From contig JACRHL010000012.1 in the NCBI GenBank assembly GCA_016212085.1, positions 18,459 to 82,458 on the forward strand: a stretch of 64,000 bases of DNA, written 5' to 3'. Both the position numbers and the translations under genes were made by a program. Positions 1-9,426 of the stretch are shown piece after piece. Each line of letters opens with the position of its first letter. The stretch's first letter is position 1. The stretch is from Nitrospirota bacterium (GTDB lineage Bacteria; Nitrospirota; JACRHL01). The notes below the pieces were generated by a model. That model was not told where the DNA came from. It did no database searches and saw only the letters and a program-made list of their open reading frames with translations.

Positions 1-928
1 TAGCAGCGGTTCTCTTCTTTCTATCAAACCGGAAAACACGATCAAGATAGTCTTTCGGCGAGCTTCCAAATAGCTGAAGATTGCAGTCCTGCATCAAGAG
101 GCGCGCCGATTGCTTGCCGTCAAATCCGTTCACTGTGACCCTGAGTGACGGAGCTTGGACTCTTATCAGACCAGACAAGACCTTCGCCAAAGTGCTCTTT
201 CCGACGCCGTTGGCCCCCGAGATTAGTGTCGGGGACCGAAGAGTGACTTTATTTTCAAGTACGTACTCTATCCTCTTCTCATCCGTCTGTCGTGGAAAAT
301 TAACGGCCGGAAACGTAACTGAAAACCGGTCAAAAGCTAGTACCCAATCCAGGTCGCGAAATTCGAAAAAAATAGGTTCTCGGTCGCATTCGGATCCATC
401 CTCACCCTCCAAAACAAACAGACGGGTATTTGTTCCGTGCCTTGCTGCCTCTAGGAGTTGCTCCTGTACCATCCTCCTGTGACTGGAGTCCAGCCAAAAA
501 TATGGACTTACGACGAAAAAATTCGTACTTTCCTTGATTAATAAAGACGCCTTAACCAGACTCACCAGCATGCGCTCTCCGCCGGAGAGCGCTGTGACAG
601 GACGGCTAATGACGTCCTTTGACAGGCCCCATCTCTCTAAAACGGACTCGGTGATTGTGCTAGGAAAATCGGACTCCGCCCGATTCGCTCCGTAAGCGAG
701 CCTCAGTTCATCAACCGGATATGGAAGAGAAAGGTTCAGAGATGGGTCTGGAAGTACGACCACGTTGTGGCCTAGGCCACCTTTCGGAGAGAATAGCCAC
801 GTGTTGTTCAGCCCCTCAAAGAAGGCTGCCGCTCCCGCAGGTACCAATGGCGGACACCATCTTGTCAGCTCGCCAACGCGAGCCATTTCGGCCTCAACCG
901 AGGTGAATTGTTCCCGCTTGATGTCCAC
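1..928 (-). CDS. tandem-NBD ABC-type ATPase (CbiO/Ecf-like), C-terminal part off window; NBD1 degenerate, NBD2 canonical
   Basis: Own minus-strand translation (absent from ORF track because there is no in-window stop). It reads ..VTALSGGERMLVSL..FFVVSPYFWLD.., then ..LISGANGVGKSTLAKVLSGL..LLMQDCNLQLF. Upstream in-frame stop at 1022-1024. GTG at 928 is preceded by AAGGGGGG. GC is about 45-50% over 1-720. Confidence 0.7.
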   Translation of the reverse strand, partial: MDIKREQFTSVEAEMARVGELTRWCPPLVPAGAAAFFEGLNNTWLFSPKGGLGHNVVVLPDPSLNLSLPYPVDELRLAYGANRAESDFPSTITESVLERWGLSKDVISRPVTALSGGERMLVSLVKASLLIKESTNFFVVSPYFWLDSSHRRMVQEQLLEAARHGTNTRLFVLEGEDGSECDREPIFFEFRDLDWVLAFDRFSVTFPAVNFPRQTDEKRIEYVLENKVTLRSPTLISGANGVGKSTLAKVLSGLIRVQAPSLRVTVNGFDGKQSARLLMQDCNLQLFGSSPKDYLDRVFRFDRKKRTAA

Positions 929-1325
929 GAACCTGCCCCCCTTCAGGTGGTTATCGGGCCGTTTCGGAGTTGACGCCGGAAAGACTCGCTTCTGGCTCAG
1001 CAGAAAAACAAGCCGACACAGCTAAACGCGTTGCCCCGGGCGAAAACGGACGGCGTTCCGCTGGCGCTCGTGGCAAAGCGACCCCCTTACACTGGGCAGC
1101 CGATGGCATTACTGGTAGCATTTTCGGGGAGTGTAAAGCAAGCGGTATGCGCGGCGGTCTGCCGAGCCAGGGGTTAGCCGAGAACGGAGTTGAGTTAGGA
1201 TTGGCCGGTGTCGGTAGTCACCGGAGACCCGCCTCCTGGCGGGCGCTGGTCTGGGCTACGGTCACGTCCGCCGCTGGCTCGTAGTCGTTCTTGGCCTGGG
1301 GCGGCAGGCCGTTGACGAACGGCTC

Positions 1326-1634
1326 CTAGGGTGTCCTTCCATTCGTTTCTCGCCCCCGGAAACGCTCCAGCCACAAGAAGAAACCGGCCTCGTCGATGAG
1401 TACCTTCGGCCCGACCCGGTAGATCGCCGGCAGGAGGCCGTTGCCCGGGATGATACCGCGGCTGCTGTACCGTTCGTCGGCGTGGTAGATGAAGTCGCGC
1501 AGGGTGGCCTCCGGGAAGGCCGGGTGCTTCGCGGCAAGTTGGTGGTCGGTGAACAGAGCGGGGGGGATTGCCGGGGCACCTTGGGTCACCGACCTGCGGC
1601 GGTCACGAGCCGGATGCGTCGGTGCTGCCCCCAA
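1326..1634 (-). CDS. excisionase/AlpA-like helix-turn-helix protein (start uncertain: TTG 1634 or GTG 1589)
   Basis: ORF track 1326..1634. The C-terminal ..GLLPAIYRVGPKVLIDEAGFFLWLE resembles excisionase-family HTH proteins. Lies between the island cargo and the tRNA 3' end. Confidence 0.45.
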   Translation of the reverse strand: MGAAPTHPARDRRRSVTQGAPAIPPALFTDHQLAAKHPAFPEATLRDFIYHADERYSSRGIIPGNGLLPAIYRVGPKVLIDEAGFFLWLERFRGRETNGRTP

Positions 1635-1691
1635 ATGGCCGGGCTGACCGGCTCCGGCCAGCCGATGGTCACCGTCGTCACTTGAAATATT

Positions 1692-1780
1692 TGGTGCCGG
1701 AGCCGGGGGTCGAACCCGGATGGGACTCGCGCCCCGAGGGATTTTAAGTCCCTTGCGTCTACCAGTTTCGCCACTCCGGC
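1692..1780 (-). tRNA. tRNA-Leu(UAA), type II with long variable arm, CCA encoded
   Basis: Reverse complement folds by hand: acceptor GCCGGAG/CTCCGGC, anticodon stem AGGGA/TCCCT with loop CTTAAAA, T arm CCGGG-TTCGACC-CCCGG; 89 nt. Confidence 0.9.
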
Positions 1781-1802
1781 GGCAGGGGGCGCGAGGGGGG
1801 GA

Positions 1803-1877
<75 letters not shown>

Positions 1878-2082
1878 TTGCAGATGGTTTCCGGACACAC
1901 GGAAAGACGTCTCGCGGCGAAGTTACGAATTCTAGGGGCCTGCGCGGGAATCGTCAAGGAAATGGTGCGCCGTGGCGTCCGCCCGTTGGCGAGTGGGGGG
2001 CGCTTCATTATAATTGACCGATTCCGTTTTCCTTTCCCCGGCCGCCGTGGGTGTGTGCCGGCGGACAAGCTTTGGAGGGGCC

Positions 2083-3630
2083 ATGGCCAGCATCAGGCGC
2101 GCGTTGATCAGCGTTTCGGACAAGACGGGGGTGACCGAGTTCGCCCGTGCCGTGGCCGCCATGGGGGTGGAGATCCTCTCCACCGGAGGCACCGCCCGCA
2201 TCCTGCGGGACGCGGGGCTGACGGTGCGTGACGTGTCGGATTACACCGGCTTCCCCGAGATCATGGAAGGCCGCGTCAAGACCCTGCACCCCAAGGTGCA
2301 CGGCGGCCTGCTGGGCCGGCGCGACGTTCCCGCGCACCTGGCGGCCATGGACCAGCACGGCATCCAGCCCATCGACCTGGTGGTGGTGAACCTCTACCCC
2401 TTCGAGGCCACCATCGCCAAGCCCGATTGCAGCGAAGAGGACGCCATCGAGAACATCGACATCGGCGGCCCCACCATGCTCCGCTCCGCCGCCAAGAACC
2501 ACGCCGACGTGACGGTGATCGTGGACCCCGCCGACTATCGGACGGTGCTGGACGAGCTTCGGCAGGGCTCCGTGTCGCGGGCCATCAACGCCCGCCTGGC
2601 CCGCAAGGTGTTCGAGCACACCGCCCACTACGACGCGGTGATTTCGGCCTACCTGGCCGCGCGGGAGCCGGACGGCGAGAAGTTTCCCAAGGTGCTTTCG
2701 CTCACCTACGACAAGGTCCAGGCGCTGCGCTACGGTGAGAACCCGCACCAGCAGGGCGCCTTCTACCGCGACCCGATCCAGACCGAGCCGTGCGTGGGCA
2801 GCGCCCGCCAGCTGCACGGCAAGGAGATGTCGTTCAACAATTTCCTGGATGCCAACTCCGCCCTGGAGCTGGTGAAGGAGTTCGACGACACCAGCGCCGT
2901 CATCGTGAAGCACAACAACCCGTGCGGCGTGGCCTCCTCGGACAGCCTGGTGGAGGCCTACCGCAAGGCGCGCGACACCGACCCGGTGTCCGCCTTCGGC
3001 GGCGTGCTGGCCTTCAACCGGACGGTGGACCTGGAGACCGCCAAGGAGATCGCCTCCACCTTCGTCGAGGTGGTGATCGCGCCGGGATACTCCGAGGACG
3101 CCATGCACACCCTCACCGAGAAGAAAAACCTGCGCCTGCTCGAGACCGGCCCCCTCACCCGAACCGGGGGCGGCATGGACCTCAAGCGCGTGGTGGGCGG
3201 CATCATCTACCAGGATCGCGACCTGGGCCGGGTGCCCGACATCCGCGCCCTGGAGGTGGTCAGCAACCGGGCGCCCACCGAGGAGGAGTACGAATCGCTG
3301 GCGTTCGCCTGGAAGGTGTGCAAGCACGTCAAGTCGAACGCCATCGTCTATGCCCGCGGCGCCCATGCGGTGGGCGTGGGCGCCGGCCAGATGAGCCGGG
3401 TCGACTCCGCCAAGATCGCGGTGATCAAGGCCAACTTCCCGCTGGCGGGAACGGCCATGGCATCCGACGCCTTCTTCCCCTTCCGCGACGGCATCGACGC
3501 CGCCGCCGAGGTGGGGGTGAGCGCCGTCATCCAGCCCGGTGGCAGCGTGCGCGACGAGGAGGTGATCCAGGCCGCCAACGAACACGGCATGGCCATGCTG
3601 TTCACCGGCATGCGCCACTTCCGCCACTAG
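2083..3630 (+). CDS. purH: bifunctional AICAR formyltransferase / IMP cyclohydrolase
   Basis: ORF 2014..3630 trimmed to ATG 2083 (GGAGGGG upstream). [32 protein letters not shown].. is typical PurH. Confidence 0.95.
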   Translation: MASIRRALISVSDKTGVTEFARAVAAMGVEILSTGGTARILRDAGLTVRDVSDYTGFPEIMEGRVKTLHPKVHGGLLGRRDVPAHLAAMDQHGIQPIDLVVVNLYPFEATIAKPDCSEEDAIENIDIGGPTMLRSAAKNHADVTVIVDPADYRTVLDELRQGSVSRAINARLARKVFEHTAHYDAVISAYLAAREPDGEKFPKVLSLTYDKVQALRYGENPHQQGAFYRDPIQTEPCVGSARQLHGKEMSFNNFLDANSALELVKEFDDTSAVIVKHNNPCGVASSDSLVEAYRKARDTDPVSAFGGVLAFNRTVDLETAKEIASTFVEVVIAPGYSEDAMHTLTEKKNLRLLETGPLTRTGGGMDLKRVVGGIIYQDRDLGRVPDIRALEVVSNRAPTEEEYESLAFAWKVCKHVKSNAIVYARGAHAVGVGAGQMSRVDSAKIAVIKANFPLAGTAMASDAFFPFRDGIDAAAEVGVSAVIQPGGSVRDEEVIQAANEHGMAMLFTGMRHFRH

Positions 3631-3640
3631 GGAGGCCGCC

Positions 3641-4144
3641 ATGCTCCGTCCCTACAAGGGCATCCTGCCCAAGGTCGACCCCAGCGCGTTCGTGGACGCA
3701 TCCGCCCAGGTCATCGGTGACGTGGTCATCGGCGCCGAGTCGGGCATCTGGATGGGCGTGGTGGTGCGGGGCGACGTGAACACCATCCGCATCGGCGCGC
3801 GCACCAACGTGCAGGACAACAGCGTGCTGCACGTGACGCGCCGCACCCACCCGCTGGTGATCGGCGACGACGTGACCATCGGCCACGGCGTCATCGTGCA
3901 CGGCTGCACCCTTAACAACCACGCCTTCATCGGCATGGGGGCGACGGTGATGGACGGCGCCGTGGTGGGGGAGTTCGCCATGGTGGGCGCCGGCTCCCTG
4001 GTGACCCAGGGCAAGGAGATTCCGCCGCGCACCCTGGCCATCGGCTCACCCGCGCGGGTGGTGCGCGAGCTTACCGACGACGAGGTGGAACGCATCCGCC
4101 GCTCGGCCAGGAACTACGTCCAGGACCGGCTCGAATACATGTAG
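3641..4144 (+). CDS. gamma-class carbonic anhydrase family / hexapeptide-repeat protein
   Basis: ORF track; left-handed beta-helix repeats ..VIGDVVIGAESGIWMGVVVRGDVNTIRIGARTNVQDNSVLHV.. Confidence 0.85.
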   Translation: MLRPYKGILPKVDPSAFVDASAQVIGDVVIGAESGIWMGVVVRGDVNTIRIGARTNVQDNSVLHVTRRTHPLVIGDDVTIGHGVIVHGCTLNNHAFIGMGATVMDGAVVGEFAMVGAGSLVTQGKEIPPRTLAIGSPARVVRELTDDEVERIRRSARNYVQDRLEYM

Positions 4145-4245
4145 GGCGGCGCGCCCGCGCCAACGGGCGTTGCCGTCGCCGGGCACGGGATGCGGTGCCA
4201 CCCATGGCGCATGGTCCGGTCTGGCCCGGGTGCGCCGGGGGGGGG

Positions 4246-4530
4246 CTAAATCTCGGCTTCCTGATACACGGAAGTGGCCTTGCAGCGGCACACCACGCGC
4301 ACGCCGGCCAGCCGGTCGGGCAGGTTGTGGGCGGTCCAGGTGACCGGCAGCTGGTGGAATTGGGGGCCCACCTGGATGGCGGTGCTCTCCGGACCCATCT
4401 GACCGTCATTCCACAGGGCGCGCAGGTAGACCTCGCCGCCATGGTTGCACCGGCCGCTGACGAGGGCGGTCAGGCGCGTAGCCTGTTGCAGGGTGTCGGA
4501 CTCCACCTTGTCGATGACGATCTGGCACAT
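4246..4530 (-). CDS. hypothetical small protein (94 aa)
   Basis: ORF 4246..4584 trimmed to ATG 4530 (MCQIVIDKVES..), GGGAGG upstream. No family recognised. Confidence 0.4.
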   Translation of the reverse strand: MCQIVIDKVESDTLQQATRLTALVSGRCNHGGEVYLRALWNDGQMGPESTAIQVGPQFHQLPVTWTAHNLPDRLAGVRVVCRCKATSVYQEAEI

Positions 4531-4880
4531 CGGTTTTTGACTACGGCCTCCCACCGTTGTAAAGAGGGGACTGGCCGGCGGCAAGCCGGGCGCGGCGCCG
4601 CCGCCGCAGGGAACGTTCTCGCAGGGTGGGTACTATACCAGATTCCCGAAAGGTTGTGTCCCGCCTCGAAACGCGCCGTCAAGCCCGTGGCGCGGCCTCT
4701 CCCGATCCGGTGACAAAGGCTTGACGGCCACCCGCCAGCGGCGCCGCCAAAACCCGCGCTCATGCCCCCCATCCGGGGCCGTTCCGGGCCCGGCGACGCC
4801 GTTTTGGCGATATTCAAATACATTGAAATAACAGCGTTTTATCGTTGTTTTCGGCCGCCCAAGGCAGGGGGGTGGCGGAT

Positions 4881-4897
4881 TGGGTATGCCGATTGCA
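4881..4897 (+). promoter_or_regulatory. sigma-54-type promoter candidate (GG-N10-GC)
   Basis: tGGGTATGccgaTTGCA against TGGCACG-N4-TTGCA with correct GG/GC spacing. About 60 nt upstream of ATG 4957; AT-rich tract 4800-4850 lies upstream. Confidence 0.45.
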
Positions 4898-4956
4898 CAT
4901 ACCCCTTCCAGCGCAGTCCGGCCCACATCGGGTATCGGCAGGAGAGGGAGAAGCGC

Positions 4957-5388
4957 ATGGGTAACTGGCTTTACATGCAGGTGGTTGTCGACCTGGCCCT
5001 GGCGGGAACGGTCGCATGGTTGTTCGTTCGCTTGCGCCACATGCAAGCGCGGCCTGACTGGCGGGCGGAACTGGGGCCCATGGTGGAGACCCTGGGCGAG
5101 CTGCTGGTGGAGATCGAGAACGTTACGGCCCGCGCCGTGGGCCATGGCACGCGGCCGGTGGGTCCCGCCGCGCCCGAGGCGCCACCCAGGGAGCTGCCCG
5201 CCGCCGCGCCCGCGGAGCCCGGCCCGATCCTGGCCCCCAAGGCCGCCGCGTCGTCCCGCGTGGAACCGGTGCTGGCCCTTGCCTCCGAGGGACTGGGCGC
5301 GGACGAGATCGCCCGCCGGCTGGGGCGCCCCATCGGCGAGGTGAAGCTGGTGCTGGGGCTGCGTTCGTCGTTCGCGGCGAGCGCCTGA
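4957..5388 (+). CDS. small membrane-anchored protein with C-terminal HTH-like motif (DUF2802-like, flagellar-cluster associated)
   Basis: ORF 4762..5388 trimmed to ATG 4957 (GGAGAGGGAG upstream). N-terminal TM segment LYMQVVVDLALAGTVAWLFV; C-terminal ..GLGADEIARRLGRPIGEVKLVLGL. Confidence 0.55.
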   Translation: MGNWLYMQVVVDLALAGTVAWLFVRLRHMQARPDWRAELGPMVETLGELLVEIENVTARAVGHGTRPVGPAAPEAPPRELPAAAPAEPGPILAPKAAASSRVEPVLALASEGLGADEIARRLGRPIGEVKLVLGLRSSFAASA

Positions 5389-5415
5389 CCTATTTAAGGC
5401 AAGGGAGCGGGGAAC

Positions 5416-6108
5416 GTGGACCAGAGCCTCTACACCCTGGCCGCCGCCGCCGGTTATGGCGAGGCGCGCCTGGCGGTGCTGGCCAACAACCTGGCCAACG
5501 CCAACACCCCCGGCTACAAGGCCGACCAGCTCCGCTTTACCGAGGTGCTGGACGCCGCCACGCAAACGCCGGGCGTGCGCATGGACCAGTTTTTGACCGA
5601 CGCGACCGGCCCCATGCAACAGACCGGCAACCCCCTGGACGTGGCCATCGTCGGCGACGGCTTCTTTGTGGTGGACACCCCGGAGGGCCCGCGCTTCACC
5701 CGCGACGGCGGCTTCCGCCTGGGGGCCGACGGCATGCTGGTGAACGGCTCCGGCCACCCGGTGATGGGCGAGGGCGCCCCCATCGCCATCGATCCGCAGG
5801 CGGGCCAGATCACCGTGCAGGGCGATGGCACGGTGCTGGCGGATGGCGTCGCCGCCGGCCGCATCGACGTGGTCACCTTCCCCGACGCGCCGCCGCGGAA
5901 GGCGGGCGGCAACCTGTTCACTGGAACGGGCGAGACGCCGCTGGAGCTGCCCAAGGTGTTGCAGGGCAGCCTGGAGGGCTCCAACGTGGAGGCGGTGTTG
6001 GAGATGACCCGCATGATCGAGATATCGCGCGGCTACGAAACCTATCAGAAGTTGATCCAGGCCATGGACCAGGTGGCGGGCCAGACCAACAACCTGGGAA
6101 CGGTGTAA
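5416..6108 (+). CDS. flgF: flagellar basal-body rod protein FlgF
   Basis: ORF track; N-terminal ..LANNLANANTPGYKA.. and rod-family C-terminus ..SNVEAVLEMTRMIEISRGYE.. Confidence 0.9.
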   Translation: MDQSLYTLAAAAGYGEARLAVLANNLANANTPGYKADQLRFTEVLDAATQTPGVRMDQFLTDATGPMQQTGNPLDVAIVGDGFFVVDTPEGPRFTRDGGFRLGADGMLVNGSGHPVMGEGAPIAIDPQAGQITVQGDGTVLADGVAAGRIDVVTFPDAPPRKAGGNLFTGTGETPLELPKVLQGSLEGSNVEAVLEMTRMIEISRGYETYQKLIQAMDQVAGQTNNLGTV

Positions 6109-6121
6109 GGAGGACGGCGAC

Positions 6122-6910
6122 ATGATGCGTGCACTGCACACGGCGACCACCGGTCTGATCGGCCAGCAGCTCAACCTGGACGTGGTGGCCAACAACCTGG
6201 CCAACGTCAACACCACCGGCTTCAAGAAGGGCCGGGCCGATTTTCAGGAGCTGCTCTACCAGACCCTGCAGGTGGCCGGATCGGAAACCCCGCTGGGCAC
6301 CCAGCAGCCCACCGGCATCCAGGTGGGCCTGGGGGTCAAGACCATGTCCACCCAGCGGCTGTTCACCCAGGGCTCGCTCCAGTCGACCGGCAACTCCCTC
6401 GACATGGCCATCGAGGGCGACGGCTTCTTTCAGGTGATCCGCGAGAACGGCGAGGTCTCCTACACCCGCAGCGGCGTGTTCCAGCGCGACGCCCTGGGCA
6501 ACATCGTCACCACCACGGGCCTGCCCCTGGAGCCGGCGGTGACCATTCCCGAGGACACGGTGCAGATCACCATCTCCCGCAACGGCGCCATCAGCGTGAT
6601 GACGGGGGGCGCGTCCATCCCCACCCAGGTGGGGCAGGTGCAACTGGCCCGCTTTGCCAACCCCACCGGCCTCACCAGCCTGGGCGGCAACCTGCTGGCC
6701 CCCACCGCCGCCTCCGGCGATGCGGTGATCGGCACCCCCGGCGAGGGGGCGTTCGGCTCCATCGCCCAGGAGTTCGTGGAGGGCTCCAACGTCAACATCG
6801 CCGAGGAGCTGGTGAACATGATCGTCGGCCAGCGGGCCTACGAGATCAATTCCAAGGCGGTCCAGGCGGCGGACGAGATGCTGCAAGTGGCCGCCAACCT
6901 GAGGCGCTAG
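6122..6910 (+). CDS. flgG: flagellar distal rod protein FlgG
   Basis: ORF track; MMRALHTATTGLIGQQLNLDVVANNLANVNTTGFKK.. ..SNVNIAEELVNMIVGQRAYE.. Confidence 0.95.
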   Translation: MMRALHTATTGLIGQQLNLDVVANNLANVNTTGFKKGRADFQELLYQTLQVAGSETPLGTQQPTGIQVGLGVKTMSTQRLFTQGSLQSTGNSLDMAIEGDGFFQVIRENGEVSYTRSGVFQRDALGNIVTTTGLPLEPAVTIPEDTVQITISRNGAISVMTGGASIPTQVGQVQLARFANPTGLTSLGGNLLAPTAASGDAVIGTPGEGAFGSIAQEFVEGSNVNIAEELVNMIVGQRAYEINSKAVQAADEMLQVAANLRR

Positions 6911-6914
6911 GACC

Positions 6915-7622
6915 GTGCGTAACCTGATTTCAACGTTCGCGATGCTGGTTGCCCTGTGGCTGCCGCTGGCGGCCCAGGCGGGCGATTCGCAGGATTCCAT
7001 CGCCCTGGAGCGGGGCCTGGAGGACGCGCTGCGCGACGCCATCGCCGAGCGCACCCAGTGGCAGCCGGACCAGATCGAGATTTCCGGGCTGACCGTCCCG
7101 GCCGGCCTCGCGGCGGCGGGCAACTTTTTGCAGGTCGAGCTGCCCAACCAGGCGCGGCTGACCGGGCACCTGCCGTTTCAGGTGCTCACCGTCGGCGAAC
7201 GTGGCCGGGTCCGGCAGTGGGCCAGCGCGCGGGTGGAGGTGATGGTCGACGCGGTGGTGGCCGCACGCACCATCGGCCGCCACCAGGTGATCGAGGCCAC
7301 GGACCTGGGCCACGCCCGGCTGCCCCTGTCGCACATCCACGGCGGCGTGCTGGAGGCGGACCGGCTGGTCGGCATGCGCGCCACCCAGCGCGTGGCGCAG
7401 GGTGGCACCCTGTCGTCGCGCATGGTGGAGCAGCCGCCGGTGATCCATCGCGGGGACCCGGTGACGCTGATGGTCCGCCGCCCCGGCCTGCTGGTGAGCA
7501 CCCTGGGGGAGGCCCGCGAGGACGGCGCGCGCGACGGCCTGATCGAGGTGATGAACCTGAGCTCGCGGCGCACGGTCCAGGCCCGCGTCGTGGATGCCAG
7601 CACGGTGGAGGTGCCGTTTTGA
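6915..7622 (+). CDS. flgA: flagellar P-ring assembly chaperone FlgA
   Basis: ORF track; signal peptide plus C-terminal ..VIHRGDPVTLMVRRPGLLVSTLGEAREDGARDGLIEVMN.. typical of FlgA. Confidence 0.85.
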   Translation: MRNLISTFAMLVALWLPLAAQAGDSQDSIALERGLEDALRDAIAERTQWQPDQIEISGLTVPAGLAAAGNFLQVELPNQARLTGHLPFQVLTVGERGRVRQWASARVEVMVDAVVAARTIGRHQVIEATDLGHARLPLSHIHGGVLEADRLVGMRATQRVAQGGTLSSRMVEQPPVIHRGDPVTLMVRRPGLLVSTLGEAREDGARDGLIEVMNLSSRRTVQARVVDASTVEVPF

Positions 7623-8302
7623 ACCCGCTTCGGACATTCGGGCCGGCCCTGGCCGTGACCGCGCTGGCGCTGCTTGCCGGCGCCTGCGCCCACAGCCCGG
7701 CGCAGGTCGTCAAGCACCCGGGCATGGCGCGCACCGCCACCCTGTCGGCGCCGCCGCAACAGCCCCACTACGAGCCGGGCTCCCTGTGGTCCACCCAGAC
7801 CGCCGGCAGCCTGTTCGAGGACACCCGCGCGCGCAACGTGGGCGACCTGGTGATGGTGCGTGTGGTGGAGAGCGCCAGCGGCGCCAAGAATGCATCCACC
7901 AACACCAAGCGCGACTCCACCCTGTCCACCGGGTTGACCACCTTCTTCGCCGCGCCGCTCACCGACCGCAACATCGACGTGGGCGTGACCAACAGCTACG
8001 ACGGCACCGGCAAGACCGCCCGCTCCGGGCAACTGTCGGCGCTGGTGGCGGTGTCGGTGGTCGAGGCGCTGCCCAACGGCAACCTGGTCATCCAGGGCAG
8101 CCGCGAGATCCAGGTGAACGACGAGCTTCAGGTGATCCAGTTGTCGGGCGTGGTGCGCCCGGTGGATATCGGCACCGACAACGTGGTGCTGTCGTCGCGC
8201 ATCGCCGACGCCCAGATCACCTACACCGGACTGGGCGTGATCGACGAGAAGCAGCGCCCCGGCTGGTTCGCCCGCCTGTTCGATTACGTGACGCCGTTTT
8301 AG
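7619..8302 (+). CDS. flgH: flagellar L-ring lipoprotein FlgH
   Basis: Frame of ORF 6956..8302 trimmed to TTG 7619, overlapping the flgA stop. Lipoprotein signal ..ALALLAGAC, then ..LFEDTRARNVGDLVMVRVVE.. ..LVIQGSREIQVNDELQVIQLSGVVRP.. Confidence 0.85.
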   Translation: MNPLRTFGPALAVTALALLAGACAHSPAQVVKHPGMARTATLSAPPQQPHYEPGSLWSTQTAGSLFEDTRARNVGDLVMVRVVESASGAKNASTNTKRDSTLSTGLTTFFAAPLTDRNIDVGVTNSYDGTGKTARSGQLSALVAVSVVEALPNGNLVIQGSREIQVNDELQVIQLSGVVRPVDIGTDNVVLSSRIADAQITYTGLGVIDEKQRPGWFARLFDYVTPF

Positions 8303-8310
8303 GGGACGAC

Positions 8311-9426
8311 ATGCCGCATCCAATCTTTACACGATGGCTCCGGGTGGCGCTGCTGGCCGTTCTGGCGACGGCGCTGGCGGCGCCGGCCCAGGCGGCGCGC
8401 CTGAAGGACCTGGCCAGCGTGTCCGGCGTGCGTGACAACCCGCTGGTGGGCTATGGCATGGTGATCGGCCTGGCGGGCACCGGCGACAAGTCGGGCACCG
8501 GCTTCACCAACCAGAGCCTGGCCAGCATGCTCACCAAGCTGGGCGTGACCTTGGACCCGGATCAGGTGAAGGTGAAGAACGTGGCCTCGGTGATGGTCAC
8601 CGCCACCCTGCCGCCGTTCGCGCGGCCGGGGCAGGAGCTGGACGTGACCGTGTCGTCCCTGGGCGATGCCACCAGCCTCCAGGGCGGCACCCTGCTCGTC
8701 ACCCCCCTGAAGGCGGTGAACGGCGAGGTGTTCGCGGTGGCCCAGGGGCCCATTTCGGTGGGCGGCTTCGTCGGTGGCGGCGGTGGTGACAGCGTCACCA
8801 AGAACCACGTGACCGTGGCGCGCATCTCCAGCGGTGCGGTGGTGGAGCGTTCCGCCCTGTTCGAACTGAACGGCCAGATGCGGCTCAGCTTCCTGCTCAA
8901 GCAGCCGGATTTCACCACCGCCCTGGCGGTGGCGCGCAACATCAACGTCGAGGTGGGGTCCGACGTGGCGCTGGCCAGCGACGGCGGGGTGGTGGACGTG
9001 ATGGTGCCGCCGCGCTACGAAAACCGGGTGGTGAGCCTGCTCGCCCGCCTGGAGGCGCTGGAGATCCCGGTGGACGTGCCCGCCAAGGTGATCGTCAACG
9101 AACGCACGGGCACCGTGGTGGTGGGCGAGGAGGTGCGCATCCGCCAGGTGGCCATCGCCCACGGCAACCTGAACATCCGCATCGCGTCCGAGGCGCAGGT
9201 GTCGCAGCCGGGCATGCTGTCCGGCGGCACCACCCAGGTGGTCGACCAGACCGAGACCACGGTGGAGGAGGAGCAGAAGCGCCTGATCCTGCTGCCCGAG
9301 GGGGTCAGCCTGGGCGAGGTGGTGAACGCCCTGAACGCCATCGGCGTCACCCCGCGCGACCTGGCGGCCATTCTCCAGTCCATGCGTGCCGCCGGTGCAT
9401 TGCTGGCCGAACTGGAGATCATTTGA
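8311..9426 (+). CDS. flgI: flagellar P-ring protein FlgI
   Basis: Frame of ORF 7594..9426 trimmed to ATG 8311. Signal peptide, then ..RLKDLASVSGVRDNPLVGYGMVIGLAGTGDK.. Confidence 0.95.
   Translation: MPHPIFTRWLRVALLAVLATALAAPAQAARLKDLASVSGVRDNPLVGYGMVIGLAGTGDKSGTGFTNQSLASMLTKLGVTLDPDQVKVKNVASVMVTATLPPFARPGQELDVTVSSLGDATSLQGGTLLVTPLKAVNGEVFAVAQGPISVGGFVGGGGGDSVTKNHVTVARISSGAVVERSALFELNGQMRLSFLLKQPDFTTALAVARNINVEVGSDVALASDGGVVDVMVPPRYENRVVSLLARLEALEIPVDVPAKVIVNERTGTVVVGEEVRIRQVAIAHGNLNIRIASEAQVSQPGMLSGGTTQVVDQTETTVEEEQKRLILLPEGVSLGEVVNALNAIGVTPRDLAAILQSMRAAGALLAELEII

Noticed and set aside
81-482. 133-aa plus-strand ORF in the low-GC segment
   Set aside because: The opposite strand encodes an uninterrupted ABC ATPase with Walker A and LSGGE motifs in one frame. 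This ORF is its antisense shadow.
2008-3642. 544-aa minus-strand ORF
   Set aside because: Antisense to purH. Its translation is low-complexity Gly/Ala/His/Val-rich, typical of shadow ORFs in high-GC DNA, while purH on the plus strand is unambiguous.
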